This document shows positions 20,028-29,023 of a DNA stretch of 35,425 nt, piece after piece. Each line of letters begins with the position of its first letter. Position 1 is the stretch's first letter. This DNA is from Pirellula sp. (GTDB lineage: Bacteria > Planctomycetota > Planctomycetia > Pirellulales > Pirellulaceae), in contig JALOQW010000001.1 in the NCBI GenBank assembly GCA_025459275.1, forward strand, positions 1-35,425. The letters run 5' to 3'. The position numbers and the translations under genes were made by a program. The notes under the pieces are model-generated. The model had not been told where the DNA came from and did no database searches. It saw nothing but the letters and a program-made list of their open reading frames with translations.

Positions 20028-20033
20028 TATAAT
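20028..20033 (+). promoter_or_regulatory. Candidate sigma70 -10 element for the DUF1501 operon
   Basis: Perfect TATAAT in an otherwise GC-rich divergent intergenic region; no canonical -35 at 17-bp spacing. Confidence 0.35.
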
Positions 20034-20211
20034 GAAAGTCCTCACGGAGGGTGTGCTGCGGGCTGCCATCCTCTCCCTCCCACCCCAACCGCCCGACTGC
20101 AACCGCCTGACCGTTCGACCTAGCCGTGCCCTATGCACCTTTGTCCGATCCCAAAGCGCCCGACTTAGTGATCTGTCTGCACATCCCACCCAACCATGGA
20201 GAGTAGTACAC

Positions 20212-21522
20212 ATGCGATGTCTTGGAAATCCGTTAGGCCGTCGGGGATTTTTGACCGTGGGGGCTGTCGGTGGACTCGGGCTGACCTTAGGTGACTTTTT
20301 CCAGATCCGCTCCCGCCAAGCATTTGCGGACCAAAAGCACTACGACTTCATCGAAGCCAAAGCCGAAAGCGTGATCCATGTTTTCTTGCCCGGTGGAATC
20401 GCTCACCAAGAAACGTTTGACCCCAAACCCTATAGCCCTCTCGAGTACCGAGGCGAGGTCGGAGTCATCAAGACCAAGACCGGAGACGTCTTCAGTGAGA
20501 CGGTTCCGCGATTGGCATCGCTGTCGGACAAATTGACCGTGATTCGTTCGGTCACGCATGGTGAAGCGGCCCACGAGCGGGGAACCCACAACATGTTCAC
20601 CGGATACAAGCCTTCGCCCGCGCTCATATATCCAAGCTTCGGTTCGGTGGTAAGCCATGAGTACGGTCCTCGAAACAATCTCCCTCCTTACATTGCGATC
20701 CCTGGCCAAGCCAACGAGTTTGCGGCTTCGGGATACCTGAGTTCCAGTTACGGCCCGTTCAGTTTGGGAGCCGACCCTGCCAATAACGGCTTCCGTGTCC
20801 AAGACCTCAACTTGCGCGGTGACGTTGATATGGCTCGGTTCGGTCGACGTCGATCGGCTCTCGAAGCGGTGAACGAGTACTTCGAGTCTAAACAGCGTTC
20901 GGACAACATCGCGGCGATGGACACCTTCTACGATCGAGCCTACTCGTTGATCAGCAGCGACAAGGCTCGCGAGGCATTCAACATCGACGCCGAAGACAAC
21001 GCGCTTCGGGACAAGTACGGCCGCAACGCTGCTGGCCAACGATTGTTGATGGCCCGTCGACTGGTCGAAGCCGGCGCACGATTCGTCACGGTCACGTACG
21101 GAGGTTGGGACATGCACAACCAAATCGCTGCCGGCATGCGGCGCGATATGCCTGCCCTCGATCAAGGTCTGGCCACATTGATCGAAGACCTCGAATCGCG
21201 CGGATTATTGTCCAAGACATTGATCTTGGTCAGCAGCGAATTCGGACGTACTCCGAAGATCAACAACGAAGCGGGCCGGGACCACTGGCCCAAAGTCTTC
21301 TCGGTCATGATGGCCGGAGGGGGTGTCAAAGGTGGATTGGTTTATGGAGCCTCGGATGCAACCGCGACCGAACCAGAATTCGATCCGGTCTCCCCCGAGG
21401 ATCTGGCTACCACGATGTACCATTTGCTGGGGATCGTCGCGGATAAAGAACTGATGGCGCCAGGAGATCGCCCAATCGAAATCTGCGATGGCGGTCGTGT
21501 CATCGATTCCATCCTGGCTTAG
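20212..21522 (+). CDS. DUF1501 family protein with Tat signal
   Basis: RBS GGAGA at 20198, ATG 20212; twin-arginine motif GRRGFL; family motifs GGIAHQETFDPKP, GGWDMH and SEFGRTPKIN...GRDHW. Confidence 0.93.
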   Translation: MRCLGNPLGRRGFLTVGAVGGLGLTLGDFFQIRSRQAFADQKHYDFIEAKAESVIHVFLPGGIAHQETFDPKPYSPLEYRGEVGVIKTKTGDVFSETVPRLASLSDKLTVIRSVTHGEAAHERGTHNMFTGYKPSPALIYPSFGSVVSHEYGPRNNLPPYIAIPGQANEFAASGYLSSSYGPFSLGADPANNGFRVQDLNLRGDVDMARFGRRRSALEAVNEYFESKQRSDNIAAMDTFYDRAYSLISSDKAREAFNIDAEDNALRDKYGRNAAGQRLLMARRLVEAGARFVTVTYGGWDMHNQIAAGMRRDMPALDQGLATLIEDLESRGLLSKTLILVSSEFGRTPKINNEAGRDHWPKVFSVMMAGGGVKGGLVYGASDATATEPEFDPVSPEDLATTMYHLLGIVADKELMAPGDRPIEICDGGRVIDSILA

Positions 21523-21554
21523 TCGATTTTCGATCTCTTACCGTGAGGTGAACC

Positions 21555-24008
21555 ATGTCTTGCGTGCAACGATCTCTTCGATGCGCTGCGGTCATTCTAT
21601 GTGGATCGTGGATCGCAGCGTTTTCGAATCCAACCGGTGCATTCGGTTCCCAGCCTGAAGCCAATGCCCTTTCGGCTGTCGGAGTCCAACGCGGTGCCTC
21701 GGTGGAAGTACAGATTTCCGGTGCGCGCTTGGGTGACGCGCGCGAACTGCTTTTTTACTCTCCTGGACTGAGCGCCTCGAACATTACCAAGATCGATGCC
21801 AATAACATCAAGGCAACGATCTCTGCTGCTCCAGATACGAAAACAGATTTGCATGGCTTTCGAGTCATCACCGATACCGGAACCAGCAATATGCGGTTGT
21901 TCAGTGTCTCGGCCTTGCCAAGCGTGGCGGAGGTCGAACCCAACAGCGAATTCGCTCAAGCCCAAACCATTACCAACAACTGCACCGTCGAAGGGGTCGT
22001 CTTGAATGAAGATGTCGATTACTTTGCGGTCGAGTTGGAGCAGGGGCAGCGACTGAACGTCGAGTTAGAAGGACTTCGGCATTCCTACCTGTACGACTTC
22101 TTTGATCCGTATGTTGCTATCTACGACGCCAACCGTTTCGAAATCACGGCTAACGACGATTCGGTTTTCTTGCAGCAGGACTGCTTGTGTTCGATGGTGG
22201 CTCCGGCGAAAGGACGCTACATCATCGAAGTTCGAGAGAGCAGCTTTGGAGGAAATGAACGCGCACGCTATCGATTGCACGTCGGGGATTTCCCTCGTCC
22301 CGTCGCTATCCTCCCAGCAGGAGGTCCTCCAGGACAACCTTTGACGGCCACATGCATCGATTTGCTTGGCAACCAATGGACCGAAACGTTCGACATGCCT
22401 GCAGAATCCCCCACCAAGACCCACGCGGTTTGGTCAACTCAGAACCAGCAAGTCGCTCCCTCCCCGAATCGGATTCGTGTCAGCAATATGCCCAATGTGC
22501 TCGAAACCGAACCCAACTCGGATTACAACGCCATTCCCGCGGCGCATCCGCTGCCGGTCGCATTCAATGGCATTCTTGAAACGGAGAATGATCGAGACTA
22601 CTGGGTATTCGAAGCCAAGAAAGATCAACAGCTCGACGTTCAAGTCTTCGCGCGATCGCCGCTCCGTTCACAAGTCGACCCAGTCCTTCAGATCTTTAAG
22701 GTCGGAGGAGGAGGATTGGCTGGAAACGATGACAACGGAGGGCCAGATAGTTACCTCAGCTTCCGTGTCCCCGAGGATGGCAAGTATGCGGTGTGTGTTT
22801 CCGACCATTTGGGGCGTGGTGGAAAACACTTTGTCTATCGCGTCGAAGTCGCGGTCGCACAACCCGAAGTAGGAACGTCCGTCAACGAACTGGAACGCTA
22901 TGTCTCGCAGGTCGTGAACGTGCCTCGTGGAAGCAGAATGGCGATCGAAACCAACCTCGTCCGAAAGAATGTTGGCGGCGAAGGACGAATCGATGTTCCC
23001 GATCTCCCCCCCAAGATGAATCACTCCGATGGCCTGTGCGCTGCAGATCTGGGAACGATCCAGATGTTGTTTCGCGCAGATGCCGACGCGACCAATCAAT
23101 CGAAACTCGTCGATCTGCGGGCAAGCCTGGCCGTGACACCTGAGCAAACATTGGTGGGCCACTTAAGCCAACGAACGCAGTTGGTTCGGGGACAGAATAA
23201 CGTGGATGTGTGGGGACGGTTCGACGATCGCTTGGTGGTTACCGTGGTCGAACCTGCTCCATTCGATATTGAAATCGTCCAGCCCCAGGTTCCTTTGGTT
23301 CGCAACGGATCGTTGGCATTGACCGTCAACGCCAAACGCAATCCTGGCTTCGATAAGCCGATCTATCTTCGATTGCTAACGGCACCGCCGGGGATCGGTT
23401 ACTCACCCGTGAACATGCCAGGAGATCAATCTACTGCCCAGTTGAATCTGACCGCGAACGGTGGGGCCGCCATTCGGAAATGGCCGATCCTGGTCCTGGC
23501 AACGACCGACATCGGAAATGGCCCGATCACGATCGCATCCGAATTCGTGCAGCTCGACGTGACGGACTCGGTTTTCCAGTTCAAGTTCACAAAGACCATG
23601 GCTGAACAAGGCAAACCGGTCGATGTGATCGTCGGTGTGGAATTGAAACGACCCGTCGAGGGGATGGTCGAAGTCGAAATCCTTGGCATCCCACCGGGAA
23701 CCCAATCGCCAACACCGAAATTGGTATTGGCCAATGATGCCAAGCAATTGGCTTTCCCTCTCCAAATTCCTGCAGAGGTTCGGGCCGGAAACTACAAGAC
23801 CCTCGTCTGTCGTGGGACAGTGACGAGCGATCTAGGTGTCATTACTCAGGTCAATGGCAACGCTGAAGTGCAAATCGATGTGCCAGCCACACCTCCACCT
23901 GCAACGGCTGTGGCAGCGGCCCCCACTCCCGAGCCCGCACCGACAGCCCCTGCAGAGAAGCCTTTGACACGGCTTGAGAAACTTCGAATGGAAAAGGACA
24001 AGAAGTAA
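21555..24008 (+). CDS. Secreted PPC (pre-peptidase C-terminal)/Ig-like repeat protein
   Basis: Signal peptide; two 'E.EPN...G.....D.DY......GQ.L...DP......NDD' PPC-type repeats; Pro/Ala linker and C-terminal KPLTRLEKLR; RBS GAGGTG. Confidence 0.88.
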   Translation: MSCVQRSLRCAAVILCGSWIAAFSNPTGAFGSQPEANALSAVGVQRGASVEVQISGARLGDARELLFYSPGLSASNITKIDANNIKATISAAPDTKTDLHGFRVITDTGTSNMRLFSVSALPSVAEVEPNSEFAQAQTITNNCTVEGVVLNEDVDYFAVELEQGQRLNVELEGLRHSYLYDFFDPYVAIYDANRFEITANDDSVFLQQDCLCSMVAPAKGRYIIEVRESSFGGNERARYRLHVGDFPRPVAILPAGGPPGQPLTATCIDLLGNQWTETFDMPAESPTKTHAVWSTQNQQVAPSPNRIRVSNMPNVLETEPNSDYNAIPAAHPLPVAFNGILETENDRDYWVFEAKKDQQLDVQVFARSPLRSQVDPVLQIFKVGGGGLAGNDDNGGPDSYLSFRVPEDGKYAVCVSDHLGRGGKHFVYRVEVAVAQPEVGTSVNELERYVSQVVNVPRGSRMAIETNLVRKNVGGEGRIDVPDLPPKMNHSDGLCAADLGTIQMLFRADADATNQSKLVDLRASLAVTPEQTLVGHLSQRTQLVRGQNNVDVWGRFDDRLVVTVVEPAPFDIEIVQPQVPLVRNGSLALTVNAKRNPGFDKPIYLRLLTAPPGIGYSPVNMPGDQSTAQLNLTANGGAAIRKWPILVLATTDIGNGPITIASEFVQLDVTDSVFQFKFTKTMAEQGKPVDVIVGVELKRPVEGMVEVEILGIPPGTQSPTPKLVLANDAKQLAFPLQIPAEVRAGNYKTLVCRGTVTSDLGVITQVNGNAEVQIDVPATPPPATAVAAAPTPEPAPTAPAEKPLTRLEKLRMEKDKK

Positions 24009-26470
24009 TGTTCGCCACGATGTGTAAGAAATGTCGGATCGCGTTCCTCTACTTCCTGGGTGGCCTCATCCTCGGAGCAGGCGCGAATACAAACACCATC
24101 GCACAGGAATCAACGGTTGCATCGAGCACGTTTGCGATCTATCCACCTTCCATTCAAATCAGCGCCCAATCCGATTCGCAACATGTCGTGGCGGTGGCAA
24201 CACGTCCGGACGGGATCACGGAAGATGTTTCCGATCAAGTCGAATGGCGCATCGAAAACCCGGCCCTTGCGCGATTGGAAAATCTCGTTGTCTATCCTGT
24301 AGCGGACGGCACCACGGAGCTGGTCGGAAAATGGAACGGAATGGAAGCCCGAGTCGCCTTGCAGTTGACCAATTCGACCACCCCAAGAACCGTCGGCTTT
24401 GAGCGAGACATCATGCCGGTGTTGACCAAAGCAGGTTGCAACACTGGGTCCTGCCACGGGGCTGCCCGCGGAAAAGACGGCTTTCGCCTCAGCCTGTTCG
24501 GATTCGATCCGCTGGGTGACTACCAACGCATCACCCGCGAAATCGGGATCCGGCGCATCAATCTGGCCGTGCCGGAACAGAGCCTGATCCTGTTGAAAGC
24601 TACCGGGGCTGTTCAACACAGCGGCGGCAAGAAGATTGAACCGGGTAGCAAACACTACCAAACCCTCTTGTCTTGGCTGCAAGCGGGGGCTCCCGCAGAC
24701 TCGGTTCGTCCCCCTGTGGTCACCAAGGTCGATGTGTACCCGAATCAAGCGGTCCTCGAGGGCGAAGGACGCGAGCAACGGCTTGTTGCCGTGGCAACCT
24801 ATGCGGATGGAACCCAACGCGATGTTTGGGACCTAGCCTCCTTCACGACCAACAATGAACGTACCGCAGCCGTCGCCGTCGATGGACGTGTGACGAGCGG
24901 CGTTCGCGGCGAAGCATTCGTGATGGCCCGTTTTGACACGCACACGGTTGGCACCCAGGTTCTCGCGCTCCCCAGTGGCTTGCAATATCAGCCGCAACCG
25001 ACCCAAGGGAACTATATCGATACCCTGGTCGATGCCAAACTGATCAAGCTTCGATTGCCCGCCAGCGGTCGCTGTACCGACGATGAGTTCATTCGACGGG
25101 TCACCATCGATATCACGGGACTCCTGCCCACCGAAGAAGAAACCCAGTCATTTGTGGCCAGTACCGATCCGAACAAGCGATCGGCCCTCATCGAAACACT
25201 TCTGGCCAGAAAAGAGTTCAGCGAAATCTGGGCGATGAAGTGGGCCGATCTGCTAATGATCAAGAGCAAGCCCGAAGTGAGCTACAAGGCTACCTACCTC
25301 TATTACAACTGGCTCATCAATCAAATCGCATCCAACGTCCCGATCGACAAGATCGTCCGGGATTTGCTGATGGCAACCGGTGGAACGTTCCAAAATCCTG
25401 CTACCAACTTCTATCAAGTCGAACAGGATCGATTGAAGCTTTCGGAGAATGTGGCTCAGGTCTTCATGGGCATTCGTACCCAATGCGCCCAATGTCATAA
25501 CCATCCTTTCGATCGCTGGACCATGGATGACTATTACGGCTTTGCCGCTTTCTTCTCGCAGGTCGGACGAAAGCAGAGCGAAGACTACCGACAGATCCTT
25601 GTCTTCAATGCGTTTGGTGGCGAAGTCAATCACCCTGTCGGTGGAGCAGTGGTCAAGCCGAAATTCCTCGGCGGCCCCGTACCGGATACCAATGGCAAAG
25701 ATCGACGGGCGGTCCTCGCTGACTGGATCACGAGCAACGACAATCCTTACTTTGCCAAGAGCGTGGCCAATCGGATCTGGGCTCACTTCACAGGCGTTGG
25801 CATCGTCGATCCTGTCGATGATTTCCGGGCCAGCAACCCACCCAGCAATCCGGAACTGCTGGATGCACTGGCTGCGAAACTGATCGAATACAAGTACGAC
25901 ATCAAGCAGTTGGTTCGCGATATCTGCAATTCAGAGACCTATCAGCGAACCACCTCTCCGTTGCCCGACAACGAACAGGACTTGAGGAACTACTCGCACG
26001 CCACCGTCCGGCGCGTCCCCTCGGAAAACCTTTTGGACTGTATCTCACAGGTCACTTCAACCAAAGAGAAATTCCAAGGACTTCCCGTCGGTGCTCGGGC
26101 TGTACAAATCGCGGATGGATCTACAAGTAATTACTTCCTAACCACGTTTGGTCGAAGTGCAAGGACGACGGTTTGCGCTGATGAAGCGACCACCGATCCC
26201 TCGCTCTCACAGGCCCTTCACTTGATCAATGGGAACGCCGTCAGTGGCAAGATCAACCAGGGTGGACTTCTCAAGCAATGGAAAGAGCAAGGCCTTCCGC
26301 CCGAAGGGATCATCGATCGAATCTACCTACGATGCTTGTCCCGATTCCCGACCCAGGCTGAGAAATCTCGCCTTTTGCAACTCGTGGAAGAATCGGGCAA
26401 TCCCGATGTGGGACTGCACGACGTGTTTTGGGCAGTCCTGAACAGTCGCGAATTCATCTTCAATCATTAA
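24008..26470 (+). CDS. DUF1549/DUF1553 (PSCyt2/PSD1) protein with Ig-like domains
   Basis: Signal peptide; CNTGSCHG; FIRRVTIDITGLLPT; CAQCHNHPFDRW; NRIWAHF.G.GIVDPVDD...NPPSNPELLDALA; terminal WAVLNSREFIFNH. TAATG overlap with the upstream stop. Confidence 0.93.
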   Translation: MFATMCKKCRIAFLYFLGGLILGAGANTNTIAQESTVASSTFAIYPPSIQISAQSDSQHVVAVATRPDGITEDVSDQVEWRIENPALARLENLVVYPVADGTTELVGKWNGMEARVALQLTNSTTPRTVGFERDIMPVLTKAGCNTGSCHGAARGKDGFRLSLFGFDPLGDYQRITREIGIRRINLAVPEQSLILLKATGAVQHSGGKKIEPGSKHYQTLLSWLQAGAPADSVRPPVVTKVDVYPNQAVLEGEGREQRLVAVATYADGTQRDVWDLASFTTNNERTAAVAVDGRVTSGVRGEAFVMARFDTHTVGTQVLALPSGLQYQPQPTQGNYIDTLVDAKLIKLRLPASGRCTDDEFIRRVTIDITGLLPTEEETQSFVASTDPNKRSALIETLLARKEFSEIWAMKWADLLMIKSKPEVSYKATYLYYNWLINQIASNVPIDKIVRDLLMATGGTFQNPATNFYQVEQDRLKLSENVAQVFMGIRTQCAQCHNHPFDRWTMDDYYGFAAFFSQVGRKQSEDYRQILVFNAFGGEVNHPVGGAVVKPKFLGGPVPDTNGKDRRAVLADWITSNDNPYFAKSVANRIWAHFTGVGIVDPVDDFRASNPPSNPELLDALAAKLIEYKYDIKQLVRDICNSETYQRTTSPLPDNEQDLRNYSHATVRRVPSENLLDCISQVTSTKEKFQGLPVGARAVQIADGSTSNYFLTTFGRSARTTVCADEATTDPSLSQALHLINGNAVSGKINQGGLLKQWKEQGLPPEGIIDRIYLRCLSRFPTQAEKSRLLQLVEESGNPDVGLHDVFWAVLNSREFIFNH

Positions 26471-26491
26471 GCCTGGTACGACTCATTGACG

Positions 26492-29023
26492 ATGAGAACC
26501 TCGATGCACCGCACCTTTTCGAAATCTTCCACCGGTTGGAATCGCAACTGGCCAGTTCGCTTGGCGTTGGTCGGATGTGCCGCGATGCTGTGGCATGCGG
26601 ATCGATTGCAGGGAGAAGAACCCGCGAAGATCACGTTTGATGATCATATCAAACCGATCTTTCGCGAACATTGTTCGTCATGCCACAACAACAATGCCAA
26701 GAAAGGTGGTTTGTCGCTCGAATCGTTCCAGATGACGATGACGGGTGGCAGCAGTGGTGAGGTCTTGGTCGCAGGTGACTTGGATTCATCCAGACTCTAT
26801 GCGCTTACGGCCCACAAAGAACAACCGATCATGCCTCCGATGCAGGATCGCATTCCCCAGGCCAAGCTGGATCTGTTGAAGACGTGGATTGAACAAGGCA
26901 TGCCCGAGAATAGCGGATCCGCCATCCGGAAGCCGACCGCCAATGCTGCCGCGCTGTCGGTGGCTGCTGCTGGACGCCCCGAAGGACCGCCCCCCATGCC
27001 CGTCTCCATTCTGAGACAAACACCCCTGTATACCAGCAAGGCCTCGGCGGTGTCGGCACTAGCGGCGAGCCCCTGGTCCCCTCTGATCGCCGTAGGGGGG
27101 CAATTGCAAGTCTCCTTGTACCACGCACACACGGGACAACTTCTCGGCATCATTCCGTTTCCTGAAGGGGAACCGCAGTCGATCACTTTCTCGCGAGATG
27201 GGCGACTGATCTTGATCGGTGGTGGTCGACACAGCGCGAGCGGGTTTGCAGTACTGCATGACATTGCAACCGGCAATCGGATTGCCAAAGTTGGAGATGA
27301 ACTCGATATCGTTTTGGCGGCCGACATCAGCGACGACAATCGCTTTATCGCATTGGCAGGGCCTCAGAAACTGGTCCGTGTTTATGACACTTTGTCCGGC
27401 GAGTTGAAGTGGGAACAGAAGAAACATACCGATTGGATCTATGCGCTTCGCTTCAGTCCCGATGGCTTGCTTCTAGCTACGGCTGATCGGGCCGCTGGAT
27501 TGGTCATTTGGGAAACCGGGACCGGCCGACTGTATGCCGACCTTCCAGGCCACAAAGGGGAAATCCGTTCGTTGGCGTGGCGACCTGACTCCAATGCGGT
27601 AGTCTCCGCTTCTCTCGACGGAACCCTCAAAATGTGGGACATGAACGAGAGCAAACTCATCAAGTCCTGGGATGCCCATGGTGGGGGAGCAGCCGCGATC
27701 GCGATCTGCAATGATGGGACCATGGCTTCGACTGGTCGCGATCAGAAGGTCAAGATCTGGGACGCCGGCGGAAACGCAGCCGGTGAGATGCCTGCTTTGG
27801 CAGAAGCGGGCCAGGAAGTCGCCATCTCAGTCGATGGCTCTCACGTGGTCGCAGGGGATTGGGCAGGCAACGTCCGCCTTTGGACCCGCGCCAATCCAGC
27901 AGATGAAAAGCGATTGGCTCCCAATCCACCCACTCTGGAAATGGCGCTGGAGGCAGGAAGAAATCGGCACGCCGAGCTCGTAGCGATGGCAACTGCCGAA
28001 GCCACCAAGCTCGATGGATTGAAAACTACGTTGGACGGTTTCAACAAGCAGATTGCAGATCAGCAGTCAGCGATCGCCATGCTCGATACCGAGATCCAAT
28101 CAGGGACCGCTGCAGCAGCCCAGATCCAACAAGCCATCGATCAACTCAGGGCTGCGAATACCATGGCGTCAACCGATCTTGCAAAGATCGAGCAGGACAT
28201 CCAGTCCAAGCTTGCCGTCGTCAACCAAACCATCGCAGAAAAGAAGCAACTCGAGAGCAACATCGCCACGCTTCAATCACAGAAGAGTTCTGCAACCGAT
28301 CCAGCAAGCCAAGATCTCGCAAACATCGACCAACAGATCGCCAATGGTTTACAGGCTGTCTTGGACAAAGCCAACACGCTGATGCAATTGACCTCCGACC
28401 AGAACGTCTTAGGTGCGACCAAGGCTCAGCGTGAAAAGGAAATTGCCGAGATGGCGATCGCCATCAACGGCAAGACCCAGGAACTTGCCGCTTGGATGGC
28501 CAAGATTCAATCATGGAACACCGCGAAAGCCAACGCCGCTGCCCAGATCGAAGCCCTGTCCAAAGAACGAGATGCGGCCATGGGACCCCTTGCTGCTGCT
28601 CAAGCCAGCGTGGACGCGGCCAACGCCAACGTAGCCAGCGCCGCCGAATGGATTCAGCTCCTCGAGCAAGATTTCCTTCGTTACCAGAATATGCATACCG
28701 AGTTCGCTAATCGAAAGTCGGCGATGGAGCAGTCGGTTGCTCAGGCCCAAGCCGAACAGGAAGCCGCTGCAGCGTCGATTCGCGGCATGCAGCCTCAGAT
28801 CGATGAGGTTGCTACTTCGATGCAATCGCTGGAAGCGCAGATTGCGGAACTCCAAAAGCGTGTAGCCGCCCTCCAAGAACAGAAACAAGGCCTGGACTCT
28901 CAACGTGTGGCACTTCAACAGGCGATGGATTCCGCGACTGGCAAGCTGCAGCAGTTGCAAGGAGACTTAGACACCCTCACCTCGCAACAACAACTCTTCG
29001 AAGCCGCTTATAAAATGCCCTAA
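26492..29023 (+). CDS. Planctomycete cytochrome c (PSCyt1) - WD40 - coiled-coil protein
   Basis: Signal peptide; TFDDHIKPIFREHCSSCH...MPP...WIEQG cytochrome domain; WD40 repeats (HTDWIYALRFSPDG, GHKGEIRSLAW...LKMWD); ~360-aa Ala/Gln-rich heptad tail. Start 26486/26492/26504 is uncertain. Confidence 0.9.
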   Translation: MRTSMHRTFSKSSTGWNRNWPVRLALVGCAAMLWHADRLQGEEPAKITFDDHIKPIFREHCSSCHNNNAKKGGLSLESFQMTMTGGSSGEVLVAGDLDSSRLYALTAHKEQPIMPPMQDRIPQAKLDLLKTWIEQGMPENSGSAIRKPTANAAALSVAAAGRPEGPPPMPVSILRQTPLYTSKASAVSALAASPWSPLIAVGGQLQVSLYHAHTGQLLGIIPFPEGEPQSITFSRDGRLILIGGGRHSASGFAVLHDIATGNRIAKVGDELDIVLAADISDDNRFIALAGPQKLVRVYDTLSGELKWEQKKHTDWIYALRFSPDGLLLATADRAAGLVIWETGTGRLYADLPGHKGEIRSLAWRPDSNAVVSASLDGTLKMWDMNESKLIKSWDAHGGGAAAIAICNDGTMASTGRDQKVKIWDAGGNAAGEMPALAEAGQEVAISVDGSHVVAGDWAGNVRLWTRANPADEKRLAPNPPTLEMALEAGRNRHAELVAMATAEATKLDGLKTTLDGFNKQIADQQSAIAMLDTEIQSGTAAAAQIQQAIDQLRAANTMASTDLAKIEQDIQSKLAVVNQTIAEKKQLESNIATLQSQKSSATDPASQDLANIDQQIANGLQAVLDKANTLMQLTSDQNVLGATKAQREKEIAEMAIAINGKTQELAAWMAKIQSWNTAKANAAAQIEALSKERDAAMGPLAAAQASVDAANANVASAAEWIQLLEQDFLRYQNMHTEFANRKSAMEQSVAQAQAEQEAAAASIRGMQPQIDEVATSMQSLEAQIAELQKRVAALQEQKQGLDSQRVALQQAMDSATGKLQQLQGDLDTLTSQQQLFEAAYKMP

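Noticed and set aside
20011-20033. TTGAAG/TATAAT as a full sigma70 promoter, and TTG 20011 as the DUF1501 start
   Set aside because: The spacer is only 11 nt; the Tat signal and RBS place the start at 20212.
20287-21165. 292-aa minus-strand ORF and the many other short overlapping track ORFs
   Set aside because: Antisense or alternate-frame shadows of well-supported genes in GC-rich DNA.
20212-21522. Formylglycine sulfatase call for DUF1501
   Set aside because: No N-terminal C/SxPxR signature seen.
21555-24008. Serine protease call for the PPC protein
   Set aside because: No subtilase or trypsin catalytic motifs seen; only accessory PPC/Ig-like domains.
27920-29023. SMC/chromosome-segregation protein call
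   Set aside because: Generic coiled coil without Walker motifs, on a protein with a signal peptide.
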